Source: Mobula hypostoma
Lineage: Eukaryota
NCBI RefSeq assembly: GCF_963921235.1
Contig: NC_086108.1
Coordinates: forward strand, 116,066,001 to 116,130,000
Length of the DNA stretch: 64,000 bases
Direction: 5' to 3'
Position 1 is the first letter of the stretch. Each line of letters opens with the position of its first letter. The notes under the pieces were generated by a model. That model was given only the letters and a program-made list of their open reading frames with translations. It ran no database searches and was not told the DNA's origin. Positions 45,101-57,100 of the stretch are shown piece after piece. The position numbers and the translations under genes are program-made.

Positions 45101-48100
45101 TGACTGTGTGTGGTGTTTACAAGAGAGTGGATGCGTGTGTGCGGTGTGTAAGAGAGAGACGGTGAGTGTGTGGGGTGTGTACAAGAGAGAGGGTGAGTGT
45201 GCGGTGTGTGTATGAGAGAGGGGGTGAGTGTGTGGGGTTTGTACAGGAGAGGGTGAGTGTGCGGTGTGTGTGTGAGAGGGTAAGTGTGAGAGAGAGGGTG
45301 AGTGTATTCGGTGTGTACGAGAGACTGGGTGCATGTGTGAGGTGTGTACGAGAGAGAGGGTGAGTGTGTGGGGAGAGTATGAGAGAGCGGGTGAGTGTGT
45401 GTGCTGTGTTTGAGAGAGAGGGTGAGTGTGTGAGTTGTGTATGAGAGAGAGGGTGAGTGTGTGGGCTGTGTACTGGAGAGAGGGTGAGTGTGTTGGGTGT
45501 GTCTCCGAGAGAGGGTGAGTGTGTGGGGTGTGTACAGGAGAGGGTGAGTGTGTGGAATTTGTACAGGAGAGGGTGAGTGTGCGGTGTGTGTGTGAGAGAG
45601 AGGGTGAGTGTGTAGGGTGTGTACGAGAGATTGGGTGCGTGTGTGGGGTGTGTATGAGAGAGAGGGTGAGTGTGCGGTCTGTGTTTGAGAGAGAGGGTGA
45701 GTGTGTGGGTTGTGTATGAGAGAGAGGGTGAGTGTGTGGGGTGTGTATGAGAGAGAGGGTGAGTGTGCGGTGTGTGTATGAGAGAGGGTGAGTGTGTGTG
45801 GGGTGTATGAGAGAGAGGGTGAGTGTGTGGGGTGTGTATGAGAGAGAAGGTGAGTGTGTAGGCTGTGTAAGAGAGAGAGGGTGAGTGTGTGGGCTGTGTA
45901 CGAGAGAGAGGGTGAGTGTGTGGGGTGTGTATGAGAGAGAGGGTGAGTGTGTGGGGTGTGTACGAGAGAGAGGGTGAGTGTGTGGGGTGTGTACGAGAGA
46001 GAGGGTGAGTGTGCGGGGTGCTTACGAGAGAGGGTGAGTGTGCGGGGTGCTTACGAGAGAGGGTGAGTGTGCAGGGTGCTTACGAGAGAGGGTGAGTGTA
46101 CAGTGTGTGTACGAGCGAGAGTGTGAGTGTGTGTGGTGTGTACAAGAGAGAGGAGAGTGTGCGATGTGTGTATGAGAGAGAGGGTGAGTGTGTGGGATGC
46201 GGATGAGAAAGAGAGTGAGTGTGTTGGGTGTGTATTAGAGAGCGGGTGAGTGTGTGTGGTGTGTTTGAGAGAGAGGATGAGTGTGTGCGGTGTGTACGAG
46301 AGAGAGGATGAGTGTTAGTGGTGTGTATCAGAGAGAGGGTGAGTGTGAGGGGTGTGTATGAGAGATAAGGTGAGCGTGTGTTAGTGTATGAGAGAGAGGG
46401 AGAATGTGTGAGTGTGTACGAGAGAGAGGGTGAGTGAGCGGGGTGTGTACGAGAGGGAGCGTGAGTTTGTGGTGTGTGCACGTGAGAGAGGGTTAGTGTG
46501 CGTGGTGCTCTCGAGAGAAGGTGAGTGTGTGGGGTGTGTATGAGAGAGGGTAAGTGTGTGGGGTGTGTATGAGATAGGGTAAGTGTGTGCGGTGTGTACG
46601 AGAGAGAGGGTGAGTGTGTGTGATGTGTACAAGAGAGTGGATGAGTGTGTGGGGTGTGTACGAGAGTGAGTGTGAGTGTGTGGGGTGTGTACGAGAGTGA
46701 GTGTGTGTGTGTGGGGTGTGTATGAGAGAGAGGGTGAGTGTGTGGGATGCGGATGAGAAAGAGAGTGAGTGTGTTGGGTGTGTATGAGAGAGCGGGTGAG
46801 TGTGCGTGTTGTGTTTGAGAGAGAGGGTGAGTGTGTGGGGTGTGTATGAGAGAGAGGGTGAGTGTGTGGGCTGTGTACTAGAGAGAGGGTGAGTTTGTTG
46901 TGTCTGTATCAGAGAGAGGATGAGTGTGTCCGGTGTTTATCAGCCAAAGGGTGAGTGTGTGGTGTGTGTACAAAAGAGAGGGTGAGTGTGTGGGGTGTAT
47001 ACGAGAGAGATGATGAGTGTGTGCGGTGTGTACGAGAGAGAGGATGAGTGTGCGTGGTGTGTATCAGAGAGAGGGTGAGTGTGAGGGGTGTGTATGAGAG
47101 ATAAGGTGAGTGTGTGGTAGTGTATGAGAGAGAGGGTGAGTGTGTGTGGTGTGTATGAGAGAGAGGGTGAGTGTGTGGGGTGTGTATGAGAGAGAGGGTG
47201 AGTGTGTAGGCTGTGTAAGAGAGAAAGGGTGAGTGTGTGGGCTGTACAAGAGAGAGAGGGTGAGTGTGTGGGCTGTGTACCAGAGAGAGGGTGTGTGTTG
47301 GGTGTGTCTCCGAGAGAAGGTGAGTGTGTGGGGTGTGTATGAGAGAGAGGGTTAGTGTGTGGGCTGTGTACTAGGAGAGGGTGAGTGTGTTGTGTCTGTA
47401 TCAGAGAGAGGATGAGTGTGTGCGGTGTGTATCAGCCAGAGGGTGAGTGTGTGGGGTGTGTACGAGAGAGAGGATGAGTGTGTGGGGTGTGTACGAGAGA
47501 GAGGTTGAGTGTGTGGAGTGTGTACGAGAGAGAGGATGAGTGTGTGGGGTGTGTATGAGAGAGAGGGTGAGTGTGTGGGGTGTGTATGAGAGAGAGGGTG
47601 AGTGTGTGGGGTGTGCATGAGAGAGAGGGTGAGTGTGTGGGGAGTGAATGAGAGGGTGGATGTGTAGGGTTTGTACGAGAGCGGGTGAGTGTGCGGTGAC
47701 TGTACGAGAGAGAGGGTGAGTGTGTGCCGTGTGTACGAGAGAGAGTGTGACTGTGTGGTGTGTACAAGAGAGTGGATGAGTGTGTGGGGTTTGTGCGAGA
47801 GTGAGTGTGAGTGTTTGGGGTGTGTACAAGAGAGAGGGTGAGTGTGTGGGGTGTGTATGAGAGAGAGTGTGAGTGTGTGGGGTGTGTACGAGAGAGAGGA
47901 TGAGTGTGTGGGGTGTGTACGAGAGAGAGGGTGAGTGTGTGGGGTGTGTACGAGAGAGAGGGTGAGTGTGTGGGCTGTGCAAGAGAGAGAGGGTGAGTGT
48001 GTGGGCTGTGTACGAGAGAGGGGTGATTGTGTGGGCTGTGTACGAGAGAGAGGATGAGTGTGTGGGGTGTGTATGAGAGAGAGTGTGAGTGTGTGGGTGT

Positions 48101-51100
48101 GTACGAGAGAGAGAGTGAGTGAGCGGGGTCTGTACGAGAGAGAGGGTGAGTGTGCGGGGTGCTTACGAGAGTGGGTGAGTGTGCAGTGTGTGTACGAGCG
48201 AGAGTGTGAGTGTGTGTGGTGTGTACAAGAGAGAGGGTGAGTGTGCGATGTGTGTATGAGAGAGGGTGAGTGTGTGGGATGCAGATGAGAAAGAGAGTGA
48301 GTGTGTTGAGTGTGTATTAGAGAGTGGGTGAGTGAGCGTGGTGTGTTTGAGAGAGAGGATGAGTGTGTGCGGTGTGTACGAGAGAGAGGATGAGAGTTAG
48401 TGGTGTGTATCAGAGAGAGGGTGAGTGTGAGGGGTGTGTATGAGAGATAAGGTGAGCGTGTGTTAGTGTATGAGAGAGAGGGTGAGTGTGTGAGTGTGTA
48501 CGAGAGAGGGTGAGTGAGCGGGGTGTGTACGAGAGGGAGCGTGAGTTTGTGGTATGTGCACGTGAGAGAGGGTTAGTGTGCGGGGTGCTCTTGAGAGAAG
48601 GTGAGTGTGTGGGGTGTGTATGAGTGAGAGGGTGAGTATGTGGGCAGTCTCCCAGAGAGAGGGTGAGTGTGTGCGGTTTGTACGAGAGAGAGTGTGACTG
48701 TGTGTGATGTGTACAAGAGAGTGGATGAGTGTGTGGGGTGTGTACGAGAGTGAGTGTGAGTGTGTGGGGTGTGTACGAGAGAGAGGGTGAGTGTGTGGGA
48801 TGCGGATGAGAAAGAGAGTGAGTGTGTTGGGTGTGTATGAGAGAGCGGGTGAGTGTGCGTGGTGTGTTTGAGAGAGAGGGTGAGTGTGTGGGGTGTGTAT
48901 GAGAGAGAGTGTGAGTTTGTTGTGTCTGTATCAGAGAGAGGATGAGTGTGTCCGGTGTGTATCAGCCAAAGGGTGAGTGTGTGGTGTGTGTACAAGAGAG
49001 AGGGTGAGTGTGTGGGGTGTGTACGAGAGAGATGATGAGTGTGTGGGGTGTGTACGAGAGAGAGGATGAGTGTGCGTGGTGTGTATCAGAGAGAGGGTGA
49101 GTGTGAGGGGTGTGTATGAGAGATAAGGTGAGTGTGTGGTAGTGTATGAGAGAGAGGGTGAGTGTGTGTGGGGTGTATGAGAGAGAGGGTGAGTGTGTGG
49201 GGTGTGTAAGAGAGAGAGGGTGAGTGTGTGGGGTGTGTACGAGAGAGAGGGTGAGTGTGTGGGGTGTGCACGAGAGAGAGGGTGAGTGTGTGGGGAGTGA
49301 ATGAGAGAGAGGGTGGGTGTGTGGGGTTTGTACGAGAGCGGGTGAGTGTGCGGTGTCTGTACGAGAGAGAGGGTGAGTGTGTGTGGTGTGTACGAGAGAG
49401 AGGGTGAGCGTGCGTGGAGTGTATGAGAGAGAGTGTGAGTGTGTGGGGTGTGTACGAGAGTGAGTGTGTGTGTTGGGTGTGTATGAGAGAGCGGGTGAGT
49501 GTGTGTGCTGTGTTTGAGAGAGAAGGTGGGTGTGCGTGTTGTGTAAGAGAGAGAGGGTGAGTGTGTGGGGTGTGTACGAGAGAGAGGGTGAGTGTGTGGG
49601 GTGTGTATGAGAGAGAGGGTGAGTGTGTGGGTGTGTACGAGAGAGAGGGTGAGTGTGTGGGGTGTGTACGAGAGAGGGTGAGTGTGTGGAGTGTGTACGA
49701 GAGAGGGTGAGTGTGTGGGGTGTGTACGAGAGAGGGTGAGTGTGCTGTGTGTGTATGAGAGAGAGGGTGAGTGTGTGGGGTGTGTACAAGAGAGAGGGTG
49801 AGTGTGTGGGGTGTGTATGAGAGAGGGTGAGTGTGTGAATGTGTGTATGAGAGAGAGGTGAGTGTGCTGTGTGTATGAGAGAGAGGGTGAGTGTGTGGGG
49901 TGTGTATGATTGAGAGGATGAGTGTGTGGGGTGTGTACAAGAGAGAGGATGAGTGTGCGTGGTGTGTATCAGAGAGAGTGTGAGTGTGAGGGGTGTGTAT
50001 TAGAGATAAGGTGAGTGTGTGGTAGTGTATGAGAGAGAGGATGAGTGTGTGGGGTGTGGACGAGAGAGGATGAGTGAGTGAGGTTGGTACGAGAGAGAGG
50101 GTGAGTGTGTGGTGTGTGCACGTGAGAGAGGGTTAGTGTGCGGGGTGCTCTTGAGAGAAGGTGAGTGTGTGGGGTGTGTATGAGTGAGAGGGTGAGTATG
50201 TGGGCAGTGTATGAGAGAGAGGGTGAGTGTGTGCGGTGTGTACGAGAGAGAGTGTGAGTGTGTGTGATGTGTACAAGAGAGTGGATGAGTGTGTGGGGTA
50301 TGTACGAGAGTGAGTGTTAGTGTGTGGGGTGTGTACGAGAGAGAGGGTGAGTGTGTGGGTTGTGTTTGAGAAAGAGGGTGAGTGTGTTGGGTGTGTATGA
50401 GAGAGAGGGTGAGTGTGTGTGTTGTGTTTGAGAGAGAGGGTGAGTGTGTGGGGTGTGTATGAGAGAGAGGGTGAGTGTGTTGTGTCTGTATCAGAGAGAG
50501 GATGAGTATGTCCGGTGTGTATCAGCCAGAGGGTGAGTGTGTGGTGTGTGTACAAGAGAGAGGGTGAGTGTGTGGGGTGTGTACGAGAGAGAGGATGAGT
50601 GTGTGGGGTGTGTACGAGAGAGAGGATGAGTGTGCGTGGTGTGTATCAGAGAGAGTGTGAGTGTGAGGGGTGTGTATTAGAGATAAGGTGAGTGTGTGGT
50701 AGTGTATGAGAGAGAGGATGAGTGTGTGGGGTGTGTACGAGAGAGGGTGAGTGTGTGGAGTGTGTATGAGAGAGAGGGTGAGTGTGTGGGTTGTGTATGA
50801 GAGAGAGGGTGAGTGTGTGGGGTGTGTACGAGAGAGAGGGTGAGTGTGTGGGCTGTGTACTAGAGAGAGGGTGAGTGTGTTGGATGTGTCTCCGAGAGAG
50901 GGTGAGTGTGTGGGGTGTGTATGAGAGAGAGGGTGAGTGTGTGGGCTGTGTACTAGAGAGAGGTTGAGTGTGTTTTGTGTGTATCAGAGAGAGGATGAGT
51001 GTGTCGGGTGTGTATCAGCCAGAGGGTGAGTGTGTGGTGTGTGTACAAGAGAGAGGGTGAGTGTGTGGGGTGTGTACGAGAGAGAGGATGAGTGTGTGGG

Positions 51101-54100
51101 GTGTGTACGAGAGAGAGGATGAGTGTGTGGGGTGTGTACGAGAGAGAGGGTGAGTGTGTGGGGTGTGTATGAGAGAGAGGGTGAGTGTGTGGGGTGTGTA
51201 TGAGAGAGAGGGTGAGTGTGTGGGGAGTGAATGAGAGGGTGGATGTGTGGGGTTTGTACGAGAGCGGGTGAGTATGCGGTGACTGTACGAGAGAGAGGGT
51301 GAGTGTGTGGGGTGTGTACGAGAGAGAGGGTGAGTGTGTGCGGTGTGTACAAGAGAGTGGATGAGTGTGTGGGTGTGTGCGAGAGTGAGTGTGAGTGTTT
51401 GGGGTGTGTACGAGAGAGAGGGTGAGTGTGTGGGGTGTGTATGAGAGAGAGGGTGAGTGTGTGGGGTGTGTATGAGAGAGAGGGTGAGTGTGTAGGGTGT
51501 GTATGAGAGAGAGGGTGAGTGTGTGGGGTGTGTACGAGAGAGCGTGAGTGTGCGGTGTCTGTACGAGAGAGAGGGTGAGTGTGTGCTGTGTGTACGAGAG
51601 AGAGTGTGACTGTGTGTGGTGTGTACAAGAGAGTGGATGAGTGTGTGCGGTGTGTAAGAGAGAGAGGGTGAGTGTGTGGGTGTGCACGAGAGAGAGGGTG
51701 AGTGTGTGGTGTGTGTATGAGAGAGAAGGTGAGTGTGTGGGGTTTGTACGGGAGAGGGTGAGTTTGCGGTGTGTGTGTGAGAGGGTGAGTGTGAGAGAGA
51801 GGGTGAGTGTGTGTGGTGTGTACGAGAGACTGGGTGCGTGTGTGAGGTGTGTATGAGAGAGAGGGTGAGTGTGTGGGGAGAGTATGAGAGAGCGGGTGAG
51901 TGTGTGTGCTGTGTTTGAGAGAGAGGGTGAGTGTGTGAGTTGTGTATGAGAGAGAGGGTGAGTGTGTGGGCTGTGTACTAGAGAGAGGGTGAGTGTGTTG
52001 GGTGTGTCTCCGAGAGAGGGTGAGTGTGTGGGGTGTGTACAGGAGAGGGTGAGTGTGTGGGGTGTGTACAGAGAGAGGGTGAGTGTGCTGTGTGTGTATG
52101 AGAGAGAGGGTGAGTGTGTGGGGTGTGTACGAGAGAGAGGGTGAGTGTGTGGGGTGTGTATGAGAGAGAGGGTGAGTGTGTGGGGTGTGTATGAGAGAGA
52201 GGGTGAGTGTGTGTGTTGTGTATGAGAGAGAGGGTGAGTGTGTGGGGTGTGTATGAGAGAGAGGGTGAGTGTGTGGGGTGTGTTTGAGAGAGAGGGTGAG
52301 TGTGTGTGGTGTGTATGAGAGAGAGGGTGAGTGTGTGGGGTGTGTATGAGAGAGAGGGTGAGTGTGTGGGGTGTGTATGAGAGAGAGGGTGAGTGTGTGG
52401 GGTGTGTACGAGAGAGAGGTTGAGTGTGTGGGGTGTGTATGAGAGAGAGGGTGAGTGTGTGGGGTGTGTACGAGAGAGAGGGTGAGTGTGTGGGGTGTGT
52501 ACGAGAGAGAGGGTGAGTGTGTGGGGTGTGTACGAGAGAGGGTGAGTGTGTGGGGTGTGTACGAGAGAGGGTGAGTGTGTGGGGTGTGTACGAGAGAGGG
52601 TGAGTGTGTGTGTGTACGAGAGAGAGGGTGAGTGTGTGTGGTGTGTACAAGAGAGAGGGTGAGTGTGCTGTGTGTATGAGAGAGAGGGTGAGTGTGTGGG
52701 GTGTGTATGAGAGAGAGGGTGAGTGTGTGGGGTGTGTATGAGAGAGAGGGTGAGTGTGTGGGTGTGTATGAGAGAGAGGGTGAGTGTGTGGCGTGTGTAC
52801 GAGAGAGAGGATGAGTGTGCGTGGTGTGTATCAGAGAGAGTGTGAGTGTGAGGGGTGTGTACGAGAGATAAGGTGAGCGTGTGTTAGTGTATGAGAGAGA
52901 GGGAGAATGTGTGAGTGTGTACGAGAGAGAGGGTGAGTGAGCGGGGTGTGTACGAGAGGGAGCGTGAGTTTGTGGTGTGTGCACGTGAGAGAGGGTTAGT
53001 GTGCGTGGTGCTCTCGAGAGAAGGTGAGTGTGTGGGGTGTGTATGAGAGAGGGTAAGTGTGTGGGGTGTGTATGAGAGAGGGTAAGTGTGTGCGGTGTGT
53101 ACGAGAGAGAGGGTGAGTGTGTGTGATGTGTACAAGAGAGTGGATGAGTGTGTGGGGTGTGTACGAGAGTGAGTGTCAGTGTGTGGGGTGTGTACGAGAG
53201 TGAGTGTGTGTGTGTGGGGTGTGTATGAGAGAGAGGGTGAGTGTGTGGGATGTGTATGAGAGAGAGGGTGAGTGTGTGGGGTGTGTATGAGAGAGCGGGT
53301 GAGTGTGCGTGTTGTGTTTGAGAGAGAGGGTGAGTGTGTGGGGTGTGTATGAGAGAGAGGGTGAGTGTGTGGGATGTGTACTAGAGAGAGGGTGAGTTTG
53401 TTGTGACTGTATCAGAGAGAGGATGAGTGTGTCCGGTGTTTATCAGCCAAAGGGTGAGTGTGTGGTGTGTGTACAAGAGAGAGGGTGAGTGTGTGGGGTG
53501 TGTACGAGAGAGATGATGAGTGTGTGGGGTGTGTACGAGAGAGAGGATGAGTGTGCGTGGTGTGTATCAGAGAGAGGGTGAGTGTGAGGGGTGTGTATGA
53601 GAGATAAGGTGAGTGTGTGTTAGTGTATGAGAGAGAGGGTGAGTGTGTGTGGGGTGTATGAGAGAGAGGGTGAGTGTGTGGGGTGTGTATGAGAGAGAGG
53701 GTGAGTGTGTGGGGTGTGTATGAGAGAGAGGGTGAGTGTGTGGGCTGTGCAAGAGAGAGAGGGTGAGTGTGTGGGCTGTGTACTAGAGAGAGGGTGTGTG
53801 TTGGGTGTGTCTCCGAGAGAAGGTGAGTGTGTGGGGTGTGTATGAGAGAGAGGGTTAGTGTGTGGGCTGTGTACTAGAGAGAGGGTGAGTGTGTTGTGTG
53901 TGTATCAGAGAGAGGATGAGTGTGTGGGGTGTGTATCAGCCAGAGGGTGAGTGTGTGGGGTGTGTACGAGAGAGAGGGTGAGTGTGTGGGGTGTGTACGA
54001 GAGAGAGGGTGAGTGTGTGGGGTGTGTACGAGAGAGAGGATGAGTGTGTGGGGTGTGTATGAGAGAGAGGGTGAGTGTGTGGGGTGTGTATGAGAGAGAG

Positions 54101-57100
54101 GGTGAGTGTGTGGGGTGTGTATGAGAGAGAGGGTGAGTGTGTGGGGAGTGAATGAGAGGGTGGATGTGTGGGGTTTGTACGAGAGCGGGTGAGTATGCGG
54201 TGACTGTACGAGAGAGAGGGTGAGTGTGTGCCGTGTGTACGAGAGAGAGTGTGACTGTGTGGTGTGTACAAGAGAGTGGATGAGTGTGTGGGGTGTGTGC
54301 GAGAGTGAGTGTGAGTGTGTGGGGTGTGTACGAGAGAGAGGGTGAGTGTGTGGGGTGTGTATGAGAGAGAGGGTGAGTGTGTGGGGTGTGTACGAGAGAG
54401 AGGGTGAGTGTGTGGGGTGTGTACGAGAGAGAGGGTGAGTGTGTGGGGTGTGTACGAGAGAGAGGGTGAGTGTGTGGGGTGTGTACGAGAGAGAGGGTGA
54501 GTGTGTGGGGTGTGTACGAGAGAGAGGGTGAGTGTGTGGGGTGTGTATGAGAGAGAGGGTGAGTGTGTGGGGTGTGTATGAGAGAGGGTGAGTGTGTAGG
54601 GTGTGTTTGAGAGAGAGGGTGAGTGTGTGGGGTGTGTACAAGAGAGAGGGTGAGTGTCTGGGGTGTGTATGAGAGAGAGGATGAGTGTGTGGGGTGTATA
54701 CGAGACAGAGGGTGAGTGTGAGGAGTGTGTATGAGAGATAAGGTGTGTGTAGGCTGTGTAAGAGAGAGAGGGTGAGTGTGTGAGTTGTGTATGAGAGAGA
54801 GGGTGAGTGTGTGGGGTGTGTACCAGAGAGAGGGTGAGTGTGTTGCATGTGTCTCCGAGAGAGGGTGAGTGTGTGGGGTGTGTATCAGCCAGAGGGTGAG
54901 TGTGTGGGGTGTGTATGAGAGAGAGGGTGAGTGTGTGGGCTGTGTACTAGAGAGAGGGTGAGTGTGTTGTGTCTGTATCAGAGAGAGGATGAGTGTGTCC
55001 AGTGTGTATCAGCCAGAGGGTGAGTGTGTTCGGTGTGTATCAGAGAGAGGGTGAGTGTGTGATGTGTGTACAAGAGAGAGGGTGAGTGTCTGGGGTGTGT
55101 ACGAGAGAGAGGATGAGTGTGTGGGGTGTATACGAGACAGAGGGTGAGTGTTAGGAGTGTGTATGAGAGATAAGGTGTATGTAGGCTGTGTACTAGAGAG
55201 AGGGTGAATGTGTTGGATGTGTCTCCGAGAGAGGGTGAGTGTGTGGGGTGTGTATCAGCCAGAGGGTGAGTATGTGGGCAGTGTACCAGAGAGAGGGTGA
55301 GTGTGTAGGGTGTGTAGGAGAGAGAGAGTGAAAGAGTGGGGTGTGTATGAGAGAGAGGGTGAGTGTGTGGGGTGTGTACGAGAGAGAGGGTGAGTGTGTG
55401 GGGTGTGTATGAGAGAGAGGGTGAGTGTGTGGGGTGTGTATGAGAGAGAGGGTGAGTGTGTGGGTTGTGCACGAGAGAGAGGGTGAGTGTGTGGTGTGTG
55501 TATGAGAGAGAGTAAGTGTGTGGGGTGTGTATGAGAGGGGTGAGTGGGCGGTCTGTGTTCGAGAGAGGGTGAGTGTGCGGTGTGTGCGGTGTGTACGAGA
55601 GTGAGGGTGTGTGTGTGGGGTGTGTGAGAGAGAGGGTGAGTGTGTGGGGTGTGTACAAGAGACTGGGTGAGTGTGTGGTGTGTGTATGAGAGAGGGTGAG
55701 TGTGTGGGGTGTGTATGAGAGAGAGGGTGAGTGTGTGGGGTGTGTACGAGAGAGGGTGAGTGTGTGGTGTGTGTATGAGAGAGAGGGTGAGTGTGTGGGG
55801 TTTGTACGAGAGAGGGTGAGTGTGTGGGGTGTGTACGAGAGAGAGGGTGAGCGTGCGTGGTGTATATCAGAGAGAGGGTGAGTGTGTGAGATGTGTATGA
55901 GAGAGAGGGTGTGTGTGTACGTTGTGTTTGAGAGAGAGGGTGAGTGTGTGGGCTGTGTACTACAGAGAGGGTGAGTGTGTTGTGTCCGTATCAGAGAGAG
56001 GATGAGTGTGTCCGGTGAGTATCAACCAGAGGATGAGTGTGTGGGGTGTGTATGAGAGAGAGGATGAGTGTGTGGGGTGTGTACGAGAGAGAGGGTGAGT
56101 GTGTGGGGTGTGTATGAGAGAGAGGGTGAGTGTGTGGGGTGTGTACGAGAGAGAGGGTGAGTGTGTAGGGAGTGAATGACAGAGAGGGTGGGTGTGTTGT
56201 GACTGTATCAGAGAGAGGATGAGTGTGTCCGGTGAGTATCAACCAGAGGATGAGCGTGTCCGGTGAGTACCAACCAGAGGGTGAGTGTGTGGGGTTTGTA
56301 TGAGAGAGAGGATGAGTGTGTGTGGTGTGTATGAGAGAGAGGGTGAGTGTGTTGTGTCTGTATCAGAGAGAAGATCAGTGTGTGTGTCTGTATCAGAGAG
56401 AAGATCAGTGTGTCCGGTGAGTATCGACCTGAGGGTGAGTGTGTGGTGTGTTTACAAGAGAGAGGGTGAGTGTGCGGTGTGTTTACGAGAGAGAGGGTGA
56501 GTGTGTGGGGTGTGTACGAGAGAGAGGATGAGTGTGTGGGGTGTGTACGAGAGAGAGGATGAGTGTGTGGGGTGTGTACGAGAGAGAGGGTGAGTGTGTA
56601 GGGTGTGTATGAGAGAGGGGATCAGTGTGTCCGGTGAGTATCGACCAGAGGGTGAGTGTGTGGCGTGGTTACAAGAGAGAGGGTGAGTGTGTGGGGTGTG
56701 TTTACAAGAGAGAGGGTGAGTGTGTGGGGTGTGTACTCGAGAGAGGGTGAGTTTGTTGTGTCTGTATCAGAGAGAGGATGAGTGTGTCCGGTGTGTATCA
56801 GCCAGAGGGTGAGTGTGTGGTGTGTGTACAAGAGAGAGGGTGAGTGTGTGGGGTGTGTACGAGAGAGAGGGTGAGTGTGTGGGGTGTGTATGAGAGAGAG
56901 GGTGAGTGTGCGTGGTGTGTATCAGAGAGAGGGTGAGTGTGTGGGGTGTGTATGAGAGAGAGGGTGAGTGTGTGTTAGTGTATGAGAGAGAGGGTGAGTG
57001 TGTGGGGTGTGTATGAGAGAGAGGGTGAGTGTGTGGAGTGTGTATGAGAGAGAGGGTGAGTGTGTGGGGTGTGTATGAGAGAGAGGGTGAGTGTGTGTGG

